Origin: Macrostomum lignano
Lineage: Eukaryota
Assembly: GCA_002269645.1 (NCBI GenBank)
Contig: NIVC01000023.1
Coordinates: 558,001-622,000 of the forward strand
Direction: 5' to 3'
Length of the DNA: 64,000 bases
Position numbers and translations under genes: made by a program. Within the stretch, counting starts at the first letter, position 1. Each line of letters begins with the position of its first letter. Below are positions 32,311-44,269 of the stretch, piece after piece. Under the pieces are notes generated by a model. The model saw only the letters and a list, made by a program, of their open reading frames with translations, was not told where the DNA came from and ran no database searches.

Positions 32311-34369
32311 CCCTGTTCTGGGCAAGTTGTCACCCATGCTCGCGTACTTTGTTTCTTTGCTGTTCCAATTGCTTCGTTCGAATTCGGATTATATATTTGT
32401 CTATGGCTCAAACCACGAATATCTCCACCCACCAAAACGTTGGTCCCCTTCTCGCGCTAGCGTGGAAACTTTTCAATGTTGCAGAGTGTTATATTACTTC
32501 TAGTAAAAATGATTGCACTAGCTAGGATTTATAACAGCAGAGGCAAAAGGGAAGGGGAGACAAATAATTTCAGAAAGTCACGACACGAGCGCAAGCGCAT
32601 TAACTGCTACTGTCGAGCGCTTAGATTTTAAAATATTTTTTCCAAATTAACGTAGTAAAAAAGTTTACGAAAACCGATTCAGATCTTCTGGCTCGATAAA
32701 AAAATTAAGTCACGGGAAATTTTTCTCACAGTATTTTTTCAATGCTTATGCTGGTGCTACTACTGATTTAAGTAGGTAAAATAGTTCGCGTATATGGTGA
32801 GGTTGGATCACATGATTTCCTTGATTTTCTTCGAAAGCAATGCTAATTGCTACTTCGAGTGAGTCGAATTTACTTAAATTTTCAGACTCTGGGCTGCTGG
32901 GTAGGACATTCGGTTGTGCCTTGCCCTGTCCTGAGTGATGATTAATAAATTTGCTTTAGGCTTGTGCCTACCTAGGCCTAGTGTATTGCGTTAAATGCAT
33001 ATATGATGCATGTAAGGCCTAGGGCCTGCCTGCACAGGCTGCATCGCTCGTGGCAGGCTAGGCCCTAATTTAGGCCTATTTAAATTCGGTTTAAATAGCG
33101 AACTATAAGTCAGAGAAAGCCTGAATCATCAAAAGGCTAAACCTCAAATGCCTAGCTGGGCCCTTAGCTCTAAACTAGACCCTATAGCTGCAACAGAGCA
33201 TTGTTTTTTAGGCCCTAGGCCTACTTAAAAGGAGAATGTAGATTGTAGGCCTAACAATTTCCCAGGGCCTATTTACTGTATATGTAAGACACTTTGTAGA
33301 CAAGTGGGCCTAGGCCTATCTAGCCTAGTGCCCTAGTAATTTGCTAATGTAAAGTTGTAAATTATAGACAAGATCATTTGTTCAATAAAAATTTTGAAAA
33401 CTATACTTTGCCTTTTGGCTTTGGTAGCCCTTGGCTTAATATAGGCTTATTGTTTGTTTTCTTTTTGATTGGCCCTTATCATTTAATTTACTTTATAAAT
33501 ATAGCTATGTTATAGGCCCTAACTTATAAACTTATATAATAGGCCTAAAGCTGCCTAACTTGGAATTTATAGGCCTAGGCCAAATTTTGATATTTTATTT
33601 AAGTCTCAAACAAATACTACTATTATTAGGCCTAGCTATCTTATGACTTGTTTTAGCTTATTATTATAATATCATATACTTTTAAAAATAGCTTAAGGCC
33701 AATTGATACATCTTGTTAGACCTGTCTAATGGTACAATAAACTTTATGTTATTAAATATTAACTAAGCAATAGGCCTTAAGCTAATTCTAAAACCAATGC
33801 TTATCTAGGCATATTATAGAAAATGAATCTTTAAGATAATTTATGTTTTTTGTTCTAATCTTAATAAATATAAAACTTACATTTATATAATTCTAAACCA
33901 ACCTAGCTAGCTATCCTTAAAGATATATGATTCTCTTTGCCCTTTGGAGATATAGTTCCTTAAGTATATTAAAAAAATTTAAATATATAATTAGGCTTAG
34001 ACAAGGTAAAAATATATACTATAGGCCTAGCTATATACTAGTGGGTATATTAGCATTTTTATATTAGCTATCTATCCTTCTTTTTTGATAGGCCTATCCC
34101 TTAAGAATAATGACCCTAATCTTCCTTAATAGTATAATAGTAACTTCCCTAACTTACCTTGTCAGTGAGACAATGATTCTATAATATTAATATACCTAAT
34201 CAATAAGATCAATAAGATTGATTTCCTTAGCCTATCTTGTTATTAACATAATGATTCTCCTAGCTTATCCTATCATTGAGAAAGTTACTCCTCTAGTCCC
34301 ATCTAATCAATGACATTAATGATTCCTTAGCTCTTTTATCAATGGCATAGTGAATCTCTTACCCTATCT

Positions 34370-35180
34370 TGTCAATGAGATTTTTATTTCCCAACCTATC
34401 TTGTCAGTAAGATAGTCATTTCCTAACCTATCCTGTCAGTAAAACAGTGATTTCCCAACCTATCCTGTCAGTGAAACAGTAATTTCCCAACCTATTCTGT
34501 CAGTAAAACAGTGATTTCCCAACCTATCTTGTCAGTAAGACATTGATTTCCCAACTTATCCTGTCAGTAAAACACTGATTTCCCAACCTATCCTGTCAGT
34601 AAGACAATGATTTCCCAACCTATCCTATCAGTAAGACAATGATTTCCCAACCTATCCTATCAGTAAGATAATGATTTCCCAACCTATCCTATCAGTAAGA
34701 CAATGATTTCCTAACCTATCCTGTCAGTAAGACAATGATTTCCCAACCTATCCTGTCAGTAAAACAATGATTTCCTAACCTATCCTGTCAATAAGACATT
34801 GATTTCCTAACCTATCCTGTCAGTAAGACAGTCATTTCCCAACCTATCCTGTCAGTAAGACAGTCATTCCCAACCTATCCTGTCAGTAAGACAGTCATTT
34901 CCCAACCTATCCTGTCAGTAAGACAGTCATTCCCAACCTATCCTGTCAGTAAAACAATGATTTCCTAACCTATCCTGTCAGTAAGACATTGATTTCCTAA
35001 CCTATCCTGTCAGTAAGACATTGATTTCCTAACCTATCCTGTCAGTAAGACATTGATTTCCTAACCTATCTTGTCAGTAAGACAGTCATTTCCCAACCTA
35101 TCCTGTCAGTAAAACAATGATTTCCCAACCTATCCTGTCAGTGAGACATTGATTTCCCAACCTATCCTGTCAGAAGGATA
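34370..35180. repeat. 32-bp minisatellite (TTTCCCAACCTATCCTGTCAGTAAGACAATGA)
   Basis: About 25 units, decaying leftwards. Confidence 0.92.
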
Positions 35181-35452
35181 GGATTTCTCTAAGGCCACCC
35201 TTTCAGACTAATAGAATTTCCAAATTTTAGTCCCGTCCTATTTTGATCCAACCTATATAAATGTTTTAAACTGAACTGCATTCTAAAACTATCTAATATA
35301 AATGCATGCTGAGTTATCAATCTGACCCTGGCTTCAATAAATATCTCTGTGGCTGACCTATGAGACAGTCACACTGTTAGTAGTTAACAGTGAAAGTCAC
35401 ACTTATAGTTACACTGAAAGTGAGTTTTCTTGACTTTATTAGTCACTAGACC

Positions 35453-36076
35453 ATGGAAATTGACGAAGTAGAGTGTCAGCTCTCTTGTCAATTCAGTCGC
35501 TTAGCAACGGAACAATCGCAACCTCAATATACTAGTAGTTCAGCCTGTCAGTGTCGCCATAGCAACGAGCATCAACAAGTGAATATTGCACAGTCAATTG
35601 ATCAGTTCGATTATGGCCCAAATAACCTACTCACTGACTCAATTGATTTAGTCATCGACGATGTAACGCTTAGTTCGCCGCAGTTATTCATTTCTGGCGC
35701 CAATTCGGATTCATTATCAATGCAGCCGTTCGCGCAAGATGACGTCATAGCCACGTGCCGAGTGACGAATCGATGCTTATCAGCGGGTAGTCGGTCTGGT
35801 CTAGGGGGTTCCAGTCCACCAGGCTGTCATTTGCGCTGCCGTCGAGGCCGGGCTCTGGCGCTGGGCCCCGAGCGTCTGCTACTGCCGCCGTTGCTTCCAG
35901 GCTTAAGCGCCGTCTGCCAGTTGCGTCTGCAAGCTCCGGCTACTGCTCCAACCGGCTGGCACCGGGTGGAGCTGCAGTTGTACACTCCACTTGGCGGCCC
36001 AGTGCCTGGCGATGCCGCCAGACGATCTTTTGAAGTCTACGTTGCTCCGGCAACTCCTGCTGCAAGTTTAACCTAA
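35453..36076 (+). CDS. ILRUN: Divergent ILRUN/C6orf106-like protein (NBR1-type FW/Ig-like domain), 207 aa, intronless
   Basis: MEIDEVECQLSCQFSRLAT resembles the ILRUN N-terminus (MDVDLDxxLMQKFSCLGT), and DLVIDDVTL resembles FVEDVTI. The C-half RVTN..PPGCHL..G..LPPLLPG..V..LQAP..G..LYTPLG..GD..EV follows the NBR1/ILRUN Ig-like fold pattern. The ATG-to-TAA ORF is intact in non-repetitive DNA. Assigned by eye. Confidence 0.7.
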   Translation: MEIDEVECQLSCQFSRLATEQSQPQYTSSSACQCRHSNEHQQVNIAQSIDQFDYGPNNLLTDSIDLVIDDVTLSSPQLFISGANSDSLSMQPFAQDDVIATCRVTNRCLSAGSRSGLGGSSPPGCHLRCRRGRALALGPERLLLPPLLPGLSAVCQLRLQAPATAPTGWHRVELQLYTPLGGPVPGDAARRSFEVYVAPATPAASLT

Positions 36077-36694
36077 AAATACTATACTTAAAGCTGGCTA
36101 CTAGAAGTAGAATGAATGACAAGAGTTTTTCAATCTTTTGAGGTGTAGTTTTTTTGAACAAAATTGATTTATTGTTCGGCAACTCCGTCGGTCATTTGGA
36201 CCTAAATCTAAGCTGAGAAATTTTTGTTTAAAAGAAGTAGAAAGTTCAGCTAAAAAAATATATTCGCAAGAGAAACACTTCCTGGGCCTTAACATGTAAA
36301 CACCTCTCACATCAATGCAGCGGTGTGTCTGTTCTGCCCATTCCACTGAGTCCTGAGCACATACAGGCGCGCCAATACTGTACACAGGCACGTACACTCT
36401 GTCTCATGGCTGTGAATGGCACGATATCCTTCCAGTTGAATTTTCGTGTATAAAACCCCAGTTTCTTGGATTTTAAAAGATCAGTTGCTATATATATGAT
36501 GATAAATAATAATCATATTTGTATTGACCAGAGTTTAGCTGAACAATAGCTTAAATCTTCGACTTTGACAAACCTAACATAATAGAAAAATACTTGTCAT
36601 GAAGTACCAATGGGCCTTAAGACTTCATTTAATCTAACTATTTTCGTTAATATTTGTTTTCAATTTTTAGGCTACAGCAGCAGCTGATGCAGCC

Positions 36695-36970
36695 AAGCAC
36701 GATCAGGCGGAAGAGTTCGCAATGACCGACTTATAGACCCAAGCACAATCAAGCGGAAGAGTTCGCAATGACAGACTTATAGACCCAAGCACAATCATTC
36801 GGAAGAGTTCGCAATGACCGATTTATAGACCCAAGCACAATCAGGCGGAAGAGTTCGCAATGACAGACTTATAGACCCAAGCACAATCAGGCGGAAGAGT
36901 TCGCAATGACAGACTTATAGACCCAAGCACAATCAGGCGGAAGAGTTCGCAATGACCGCCTTATAGACCG
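36695..36970. repeat. 46-bp minisatellite (CCAAGCACAATCAGGCGGAAGAGTTCGCAATGACAGACTTATAGAC)
   Basis: About 6 units. Confidence 0.9.
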
Positions 36971-37574
36971 ATTCCAATTACTAACTTGCTTTTTTAAAGC
37001 TGGCTTCAAATTCACCCTCGTTCTAGCTTACTTATGCTGTAGTGTTACCTATTCCTTCTTCATTTTTTTCAATATCGCTTTTCATAATTATAAATATAGT
37101 CATTGTGAATTGTTTTTTGTATCACTTAGCACTGCTTGAACTGGAGAGCTGAAACACCTACTTAAAGTATGGATTTATTTAGCGATTTTTTCCTATTAGC
37201 TTTACTTTTTTAAATGAGCTAAACTATATATTGCTTGTCTGTAAAGTTTAATCGTGAATCGTTGTATCTTTTAGATTTAGAATTTGCTATATTATTAATT
37301 GATATGCTGTCATTTTCTATGTAATTATTCAGTTTATCGTATAAAAAAACCAACATGTATTCTGCAATAGTATAATTCTGTCGTTTATCTTATTCTTTGT
37401 AAAAGTGAAGGCAAAAAATCCGATTTAACTTGTAATATACTGATCAGTAAGATGCCATTCACAGCTAGGCCTACTAGTTTATATTAATACTTAGAAATTA
37501 TATGCCGTTATGGTATCTTATTTTTGAATTGCATTGTGATTGATTGCCATTATGGGCTCTGAACAATGCCATTG

Positions 37575-39555
37575 AGAATCGCACTCCAACCCCTATTGAG
37601 AATCGCCCCCAGCTCATGTTGAGAATCGCCCTCAACCCCTATTGAGAATCGCCCCCAACTCATGTTGAGAATCGCCATCAACCCCTATTGAGAATCGCCC
37701 CCAACTCATGTTGAGAATCGCCCCCAACTCATGTTGAGAATCGCCCTCAACCCCTATTGAGAATCGCCCCCAACTCATGTTGAGAATCGCCCTCAACCCC
37801 TATTGAGAATCGCCCCCAACTCATGTTGAGAATCGCCCTCAACCCATATTGAGAATCGCCCCTAACCCCTATTGAGAATCGCCCCCAACTCATGTTGAGA
37901 ATCGCCCTCAACCCCTATTGAGAATCGCCCCCAACTCATGTTGAGAATCGCCCCCAACCCCTATTGAGAATCGCCCCCAACTCATGTTGAGAATCGCCCC
38001 CTAACCCCTATTGAGAATCGCCCCCAACTCATGTTGAGAATCGCCCCCAACTCATGTTAAGAATCGCCCCTCAACCCCTATTGAGAATCGCCCTCAACCC
38101 CTATTGAGAATCGCCCCCAACCCCTATTGAGAATCGCCCCCAACTCATGTTGAGAATCGCCCCCAACCCCTATTGAGAATCGCCCCCAACTCATGTTGAG
38201 AATCGCCCTCAACCCCTATTGAGAATCGCCCCCAACCCCTATTGAGAATCGCCCCCAACTCATGTTGAGAATCGCCCTCAACCCCTATTGAGAATCGCCC
38301 CCAACTCATGTTGAGAATCGCCCTCAACCCCTATTGAGAATCGCCCCCAACTCATGTTGAGAATCGCCCTCAACCCCTATTGAGAATCGCCCTCAACCCC
38401 TATTGAGAATCGCCCCCAACTCATGTTGAGAATCGCCCCCAACCCCTATTGAGAATCGCCCCCAACTCATGTTGAGAATCGCCCCCTAACCCCTATTGAG
38501 AATCGCCCCCAACTCATGTTGAGAATCGCCCCCAACTCATGTTGAGAATCGCCCCCAACTCATGTTGAGAATCGCCCTCAACCCCTATTGAGAATCGCCC
38601 TCAACCCCTATTGAGAATCGCCCCCAACCCCTATTGAGAATCGCCCCCAACTCATGTTGAGAATCGCCCTCAACCCCTATTGAGAATCGCCCCCAACCCC
38701 TATTGAGAATCGCCCCCAGCTCATGTTGAGAATCGCCCCTAACCCCTATTGAGAATCGCCCCCAACTCATGTTGAGAATCGCCCTCAACCCCTATTGAGA
38801 ATCGCCCCCAACCCCTATTGAGAATCGCCCCCAACTCATGTTGAGAATCGCTCTCAACCCCTATTGAGAATCGCCCTCAACCCCTATTGAGAATCGCCCC
38901 TAACCCCTATTGAGAATCGCCCTCAACCCCTATTGAGAATCGCCCCCAACTCATGTTGAGAATCGCCCTCAACCCCTATTGAGAATCGCCCTCAACCCCT
39001 ATTGAGAATCGCCCCTAACCCCTATTGAGAATCGCCCCCAACTCATGTTGAGAATCGCCCCTAACCCCTATTGAGAATCGCCCCCAACTCATGTTGAGAA
39101 TCGCCCTCAACCCCTATTGAGAATCGCCCCCAACCCCTATTGAGAATCGCCCCTAACCCCTATTGAGAATCGCCCCCAACTCATGTTGAGAATCGCCCTC
39201 AACCCCTATTGAGAATCGCCCTCAACCCCTATTGAGAATCGCCCCCAACTCATGTTGAGAATCGCCCCCAACCCCTATTGAGAATCGCTCTCCAACTCAT
39301 GTTGAGAATCGCCCCCAACCCCTATTGAGAATCGCTCTCCAACTCATGTTGAGAATCAATTCCCCTGTTGAGAATCGCTCTCCAACTCATGTTGAGAATC
39401 AATTCCCCTGTTGAGAATCGCTCTCCAACTCATGTTGAGAATCGCCCTTCAATTCCTCTGTTAAGAATCGCCTTCCAATTCCCCTGATGAGAATCGCCCT
39501 CCAATTGTTCTGTTAAGAATCGCCTTCCAATTCCCCTGATGAGAATCGCCCTCCT
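37575..39555. repeat. 23-bp satellite with two interleaved monomer types (GAGAATCGCCCCCAACTCATGTT / GAGAATCGCCCTCAACCCCTATT)
   Basis: About 2 kb read directly. Confidence 0.95.
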
Positions 39556-40241
39556 GCAACTCCTATTGGCTCAACCCCTATTTACCTCATTATTCCACAC
39601 TTGTTAGTTTCACTGGTAGTAACTTTGTCATGAACAGCAACAATAGCTGTAGGTTTATCTAACGACTTTAACAACCTATAGAAGTTGTGCAGGAAAAAAA
39701 TTTAAAAAGATTAATTAATTGAGTTTTGACCATCGAGAGCCCATCTGCAGATAAGAAAAATCCTTTCAATTATATTCATACATTGTCACAGTGATCACAA
39801 GATGTCTATGTCAAGTTTTACACACTGCAAACCCCTTCTATAGCTACTGCCACGTTGGAAATCGGATAAGCTTATTCAGTACGCCACTTGGCGTCGAACA
39901 GCTCCTTTGATGTTCCTCTAGCGAGTTTCCTTTCGTTTACATTTTCTTGCATCGATTACTGGTCTGATTATTAGAGAGAGAACTTTAAAAACATCAGGAC
40001 TTCACACCAGCGCGGCTTCAAATAAGACCAAATTTTGTGGGATCCTGACTGTACATCTAGGTCGTGTGTGATTTAATTGGCTCATTCGCTGGCAGAGTGA
40101 ATCAGCCTTAAGTGCATGTATAGCTTATAGTTAAATTTATCATTCGATGAAATGAAGCTGGAAGTCTTAAGAGGCACATTTTTTGCTCTAGTTCGATACG
40201 ACCTTTAACAGTAGGAATGCCAAGCCATTTTTCCGCCCGTT

Positions 40242-42376
40242 GAACTACCAAGAGGGGGGGGGGATTCGGGCACGGGCTAACTTTTTGTTGCGCACCTTCT
40301 CAAACAAGAATCAAGTCGCCAGCTCTCCGGACCGTCGAGATATTCGACGATTCTGCCAGAAGGTATGATTTTTCCTATAAGCGCCAGTGTATTCAGTACA
40401 CCCTTGTGCGCCAATTAGCACTGCGCCTCAGTGCAGCCTTGCCAAGTCTCCAAATTTCATCAGCACGTCGACCACATGTGTCTGCATCAGCTCTGACTTC
40501 GTTGGTCACTAGCCTTTACCCAGGCGGAGCTTCTGGACCTTCATCAGGTGGCACCAGGTGACAATAGACACGCTGTTGCAAATTTCTCTAGTTTCGCTGA
40601 TCAAGCCTCGACAGTGGGAAAAAATCAACTGCTGGACGGGAGTACGACGTTTGCTTGCGGGAAGTTTGCTTGCCGAATTTTGCTTGCCGAATTTTGCTTG
40701 CCTTGCTGGACATCCTCAGCTAGTCTCTCGAGCATTCCGTCATCACCCCGACACCGTCGGCACCTTCAACGGATGACACAAGATGACTATGAACATCCTG
40801 TTGCAAATATGTCAGATTTTTCTTATCAAGCTTCAATAATGGGCAAGCCTCAACCGACGGACATTCTCAGCTAGTCTCTCGAGCATTCTGTCATCACCCC
40901 CACGCCGTCGGCACCTTCAACAGATGACACCAGGCGACTATTAACACTCTGATACGAATTTCTCTAGTTTCGCTGATTAAGCTTCGACAGTGGGCAAGCC
41001 TTAACTGCCGGACACCCTCAGCTAGTCTCCTGAGCATTCCGTCATCACCCCGACACCGTCGGCACCTTCAACAGGTGGCATCAGGTGACTATGGACGTTC
41101 TTTTGCAACTATGTCAGGTTTTTCTTATCAAGCTTCTATAATGGGCAAACTTGAACTGCTAGACATCCTCAACTAGTTTCTCAAGCATTCAGTTATCACC
41201 CCGGCGCCGTCGGCACCTTCAACAGATGAAACCAGGTGACTATGGAAACGCTGTTGCGAATTTCTTTGATGTCGCTGACCAGCATCAATAATGGGCACAC
41301 TTTAACTTCTGGTCGTTCTCAGCTATACTCTCAAACAGTCTATAATCACCGGACATGATTAAGTAAACGTGATGACGTAATTTGTTAATTAAACTGTAAA
41401 TTGAACAGAATCTTCGCGAAGAAAAATATTATTAGAAATTATCCAATTTTCTGTTTGGAATGAAGATCAATTCATAATGTACTGGATCTCTAGTCTTCTG
41501 TCTTAAAAATTGTTAAAAATAAAAAATCTTTTTTGGGTGTCTATAGTCGGTTTCGTCTCCTTGAAGGTGCCGACGACGGCTGAATGACAACCGAATGCTT
41601 GAAAAACTAGTTGAGGATACCTAGCAGTAGAGGTTTGCCCATTATTGAAGATGGATCAGAAAAGTCTAACATATTTGCAACAGGATGTCCATAATCGCCT
41701 GGTGTAATCTGTTGAAGGTGCCGACGGTGTCGGGGTGATGATGAAATGCTTGAGAGACTAGCTGAGGTTGTTTAGCAGTTGAGGCTTGCCCACTGTCGAG
41801 GCTTGATCGGCGAAACTAGAGAGATTCTTATCAGGCTGTCCTTAGTCACCTGGTGTCATCTGTTAAAGGTGCCGACGGCGTCGGGGTGATGACGGAATGC
41901 TCAAGAGACTAGCTGAGGATGTCCAGCAGTAGATTTTTTCCCACTGTCGAGGCTTGATCAGCGAAACTAGAGAAATTTGCAACAGCGTGTCTATAGTCAC
42001 TTGGTGCCACCTGTTGAAGGTTCAGAAGCTCCACCTGGGTGAAGGCTAGTGACCAACGAAGTCAGAACTGATGCAGACACATGTGTTCGACGTGCTGATG
42101 AAATTTGGAGACTTGACAAGGCTGCACTGAGGCGCAGTGCTAATTGGCGCACAAGGGTGTACTGAATACACTGGCGCTTTTGGGAAAAATCCGACCTTCT
42201 GGCAGAATCGTCGAATATCTCGACGGTCCGGAGAGCTGGCGACTTGATTCTTGTTTGAGAAGGTGCGCAACAAAAAGTTAGACCGTGTTCTTATATTTCG
42301 TGTGCCTGCGTTGCTCCGTTCCGGCGCAGCAAAAAAATTGTCAGGGGGTGGGGAATTTCCCCCCTCTTGGTAGTTC
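40242..42376. mobile_element. Foldback-type element: long inverted arms built from ~150-bp subrepeats around an AT-rich spacer
   Basis: Tips GAACTACCAAGAGGGG / CCCCTCTTGGTAGTTC. 40275-40700 is the reverse complement of ~41870-42290. The subrepeat core GTCATCACCCCGACACCGTCGGCACCTTCAAC recurs at a ~151-bp period. Confidence 0.85.
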
Positions 42377-43084
42377 TACTTTTAATCGTGAGAGTCACCG
42401 GCGAAATCGACGCCCGTCTGACACTTAATGTCCTGGATAATAAGGTGCATACCGGTATAGTCAAGGCGGTGCAAATAAATAAGCACGAAGGCTGCACCTA
42501 CATGTACCAATCCGCCAGGCAGACGCCTTATAAACGAGCAGCTTTGGAGAAATGGCTAACAAAACTGTGATTACTGCATTGACTGAAAGCTGGCAAAATG
42601 CTGATAAAAAATGAGTCCAAACGCGGGAGAGCTGGAACAAAGGAAAGGAAAACAAATAAAAAATATTCACGTCTATTCACGTTGCTGACTAGATATGTTA
42701 TAGCAATCTACGCCACGTTGGGGAGCACGTCGGGGAGCGCACATTCTTATTACAACGAATGTAATAAAAACATTTACATGTAAATAAATTACTTGTAGCA
42801 TCTTACCTCAGTCATCTTAGCAATCCTCCCCAAGCCTTGCCATCTCAAAAATCCCCTCGTAAGCTTTTCGGCTATACACACAACGCATATAACTATCTCT
42901 CTCTCTCGCGGCTTATAGCTTTCTAGCCGCCTACCGAACGGTAAACAAATGATGGCAGCCAACTTTGTCTCACTGACCCCACCTGAGCCATTCTCAGTAT
43001 CAGCAGACCTGGAGTCAATCGGCAGACCGCTTTGAAGATGTGTCATCGTTGCATCAGCTATCAAGTATCACCAACGAGTAGAAC

Positions 43085-44115
43085 CAATGCCAACAAAAGT
43101 TCTGAGCGTTTTTATACTCAAACTTTGAATTCATTTTTCCAGTCCCAAAACAGTTTCTATTCCAGGATATGATCACCATCCTGATCAATGACCTGTTACC
43201 ATCTGGCGATGAGATCGTGGATGCCATTCTTAAACAACTCAGGCGGCAGCGGCTTGAAGTATTGCTCGAGCCAAGCTGTCACCTCCTCCTCGTCTTTTAA
43301 CATCACGCCATTTATGTGGTTCTGCATAGAGCGGAACAGGTGGTAGTCGATGGCGCAAGATCAGGCGAGTATGGAGGGTGGGGCATGACTTCCCAGCCCA
43401 GCTCGAGCAGCTTCTGCAGTGTCTTCTTCGCCACGTGAGGTCGAGCGTTGTCGTGAAGAAATCGAATTTTCGCGCGAGCGCCCTGCTGCTTGACAATCGC
43501 CTGGTGCAGTCTGTCCAGCTGCTCGCAGTAGTAGACTCGGCGGTGATGCTGGTGTTACGAGGCAGGAGCTCCCATTGGACGATTCCACTGGAATTCCACC
43601 AGACGCACAGCATGACCTTCTTTTGGTGTGGATCAGGTTTGGGCGTTGGCTGTAGCTGATCCCCCACGCCAAGCCACTGGCGCAATTGCGTGTCATGTTG
43701 AAATAGGCCACCCACTTCTCATCGCCAGTCACCAGGGTATCGAGCCATCCTGGGTTGCGACGATAGGACAGGAGTTGGGTGCATGTGATGATGCGCTGAT
43801 CCTTGTTCTCACGTGAAAGTTCTAGCACGGCAGCGTTGCTCGCTCAGACAGTCCTCGCCATACGCCTGACATAACTTGCGATGCGCGTCAGCTGCTGAGT
43901 CGCCCAGCTTGAAGCAGAAAAGTAACGATGCTCGAATGTGGTAACGTTGGTTGTGTTGTAGCGTAGCCATTGTAGTTACAGGTTGAGCTTATCCATATGG
44001 ATACGGTAGTGCACACTGGTCACTCTTATATGCCCCCATAGAACATTCCAGAAATCTCTCTGGAAAAAAATCTAGAAGTTTAAAAAAAACTCTCGAAACT
44101 TTTGTTACAACCCAA
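43085..44115 (-). mobile_element. Second mariner (D,D34D-type), internally deleted and frameshifted
   Basis: Motifs VTGDEKW, KKVMLCVWWNSSGI, FLHDNARPH and HPPYSPDL. TIR (TA)TTGGGTTGTAACAAAAG at 44115, with a degenerate partner AACAAAAGTTCTGAGCGTTTTT near 43092. Confidence 0.88.
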
Positions 44116-44269
44116 TACTTAGCTACACAGCAGGCAATGAAATGGCCGATATCATCCGCGAGGAGGCCAAGCCTACAGCTACCACAGAGGACGGCCAAGT
44201 CACCCTCAGGCAGACTCTGGACGCATAGACTTTTTTTCAATGGAAGAAAGAACATAGTATTCGCCAAAT

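Noticed and set aside
36290-36420. Weak C2H2 zinc-finger-like peptide on the minus strand
   Set aside because: The Cys/His spacing is incomplete and no adjacent fingers or exon structure are present.
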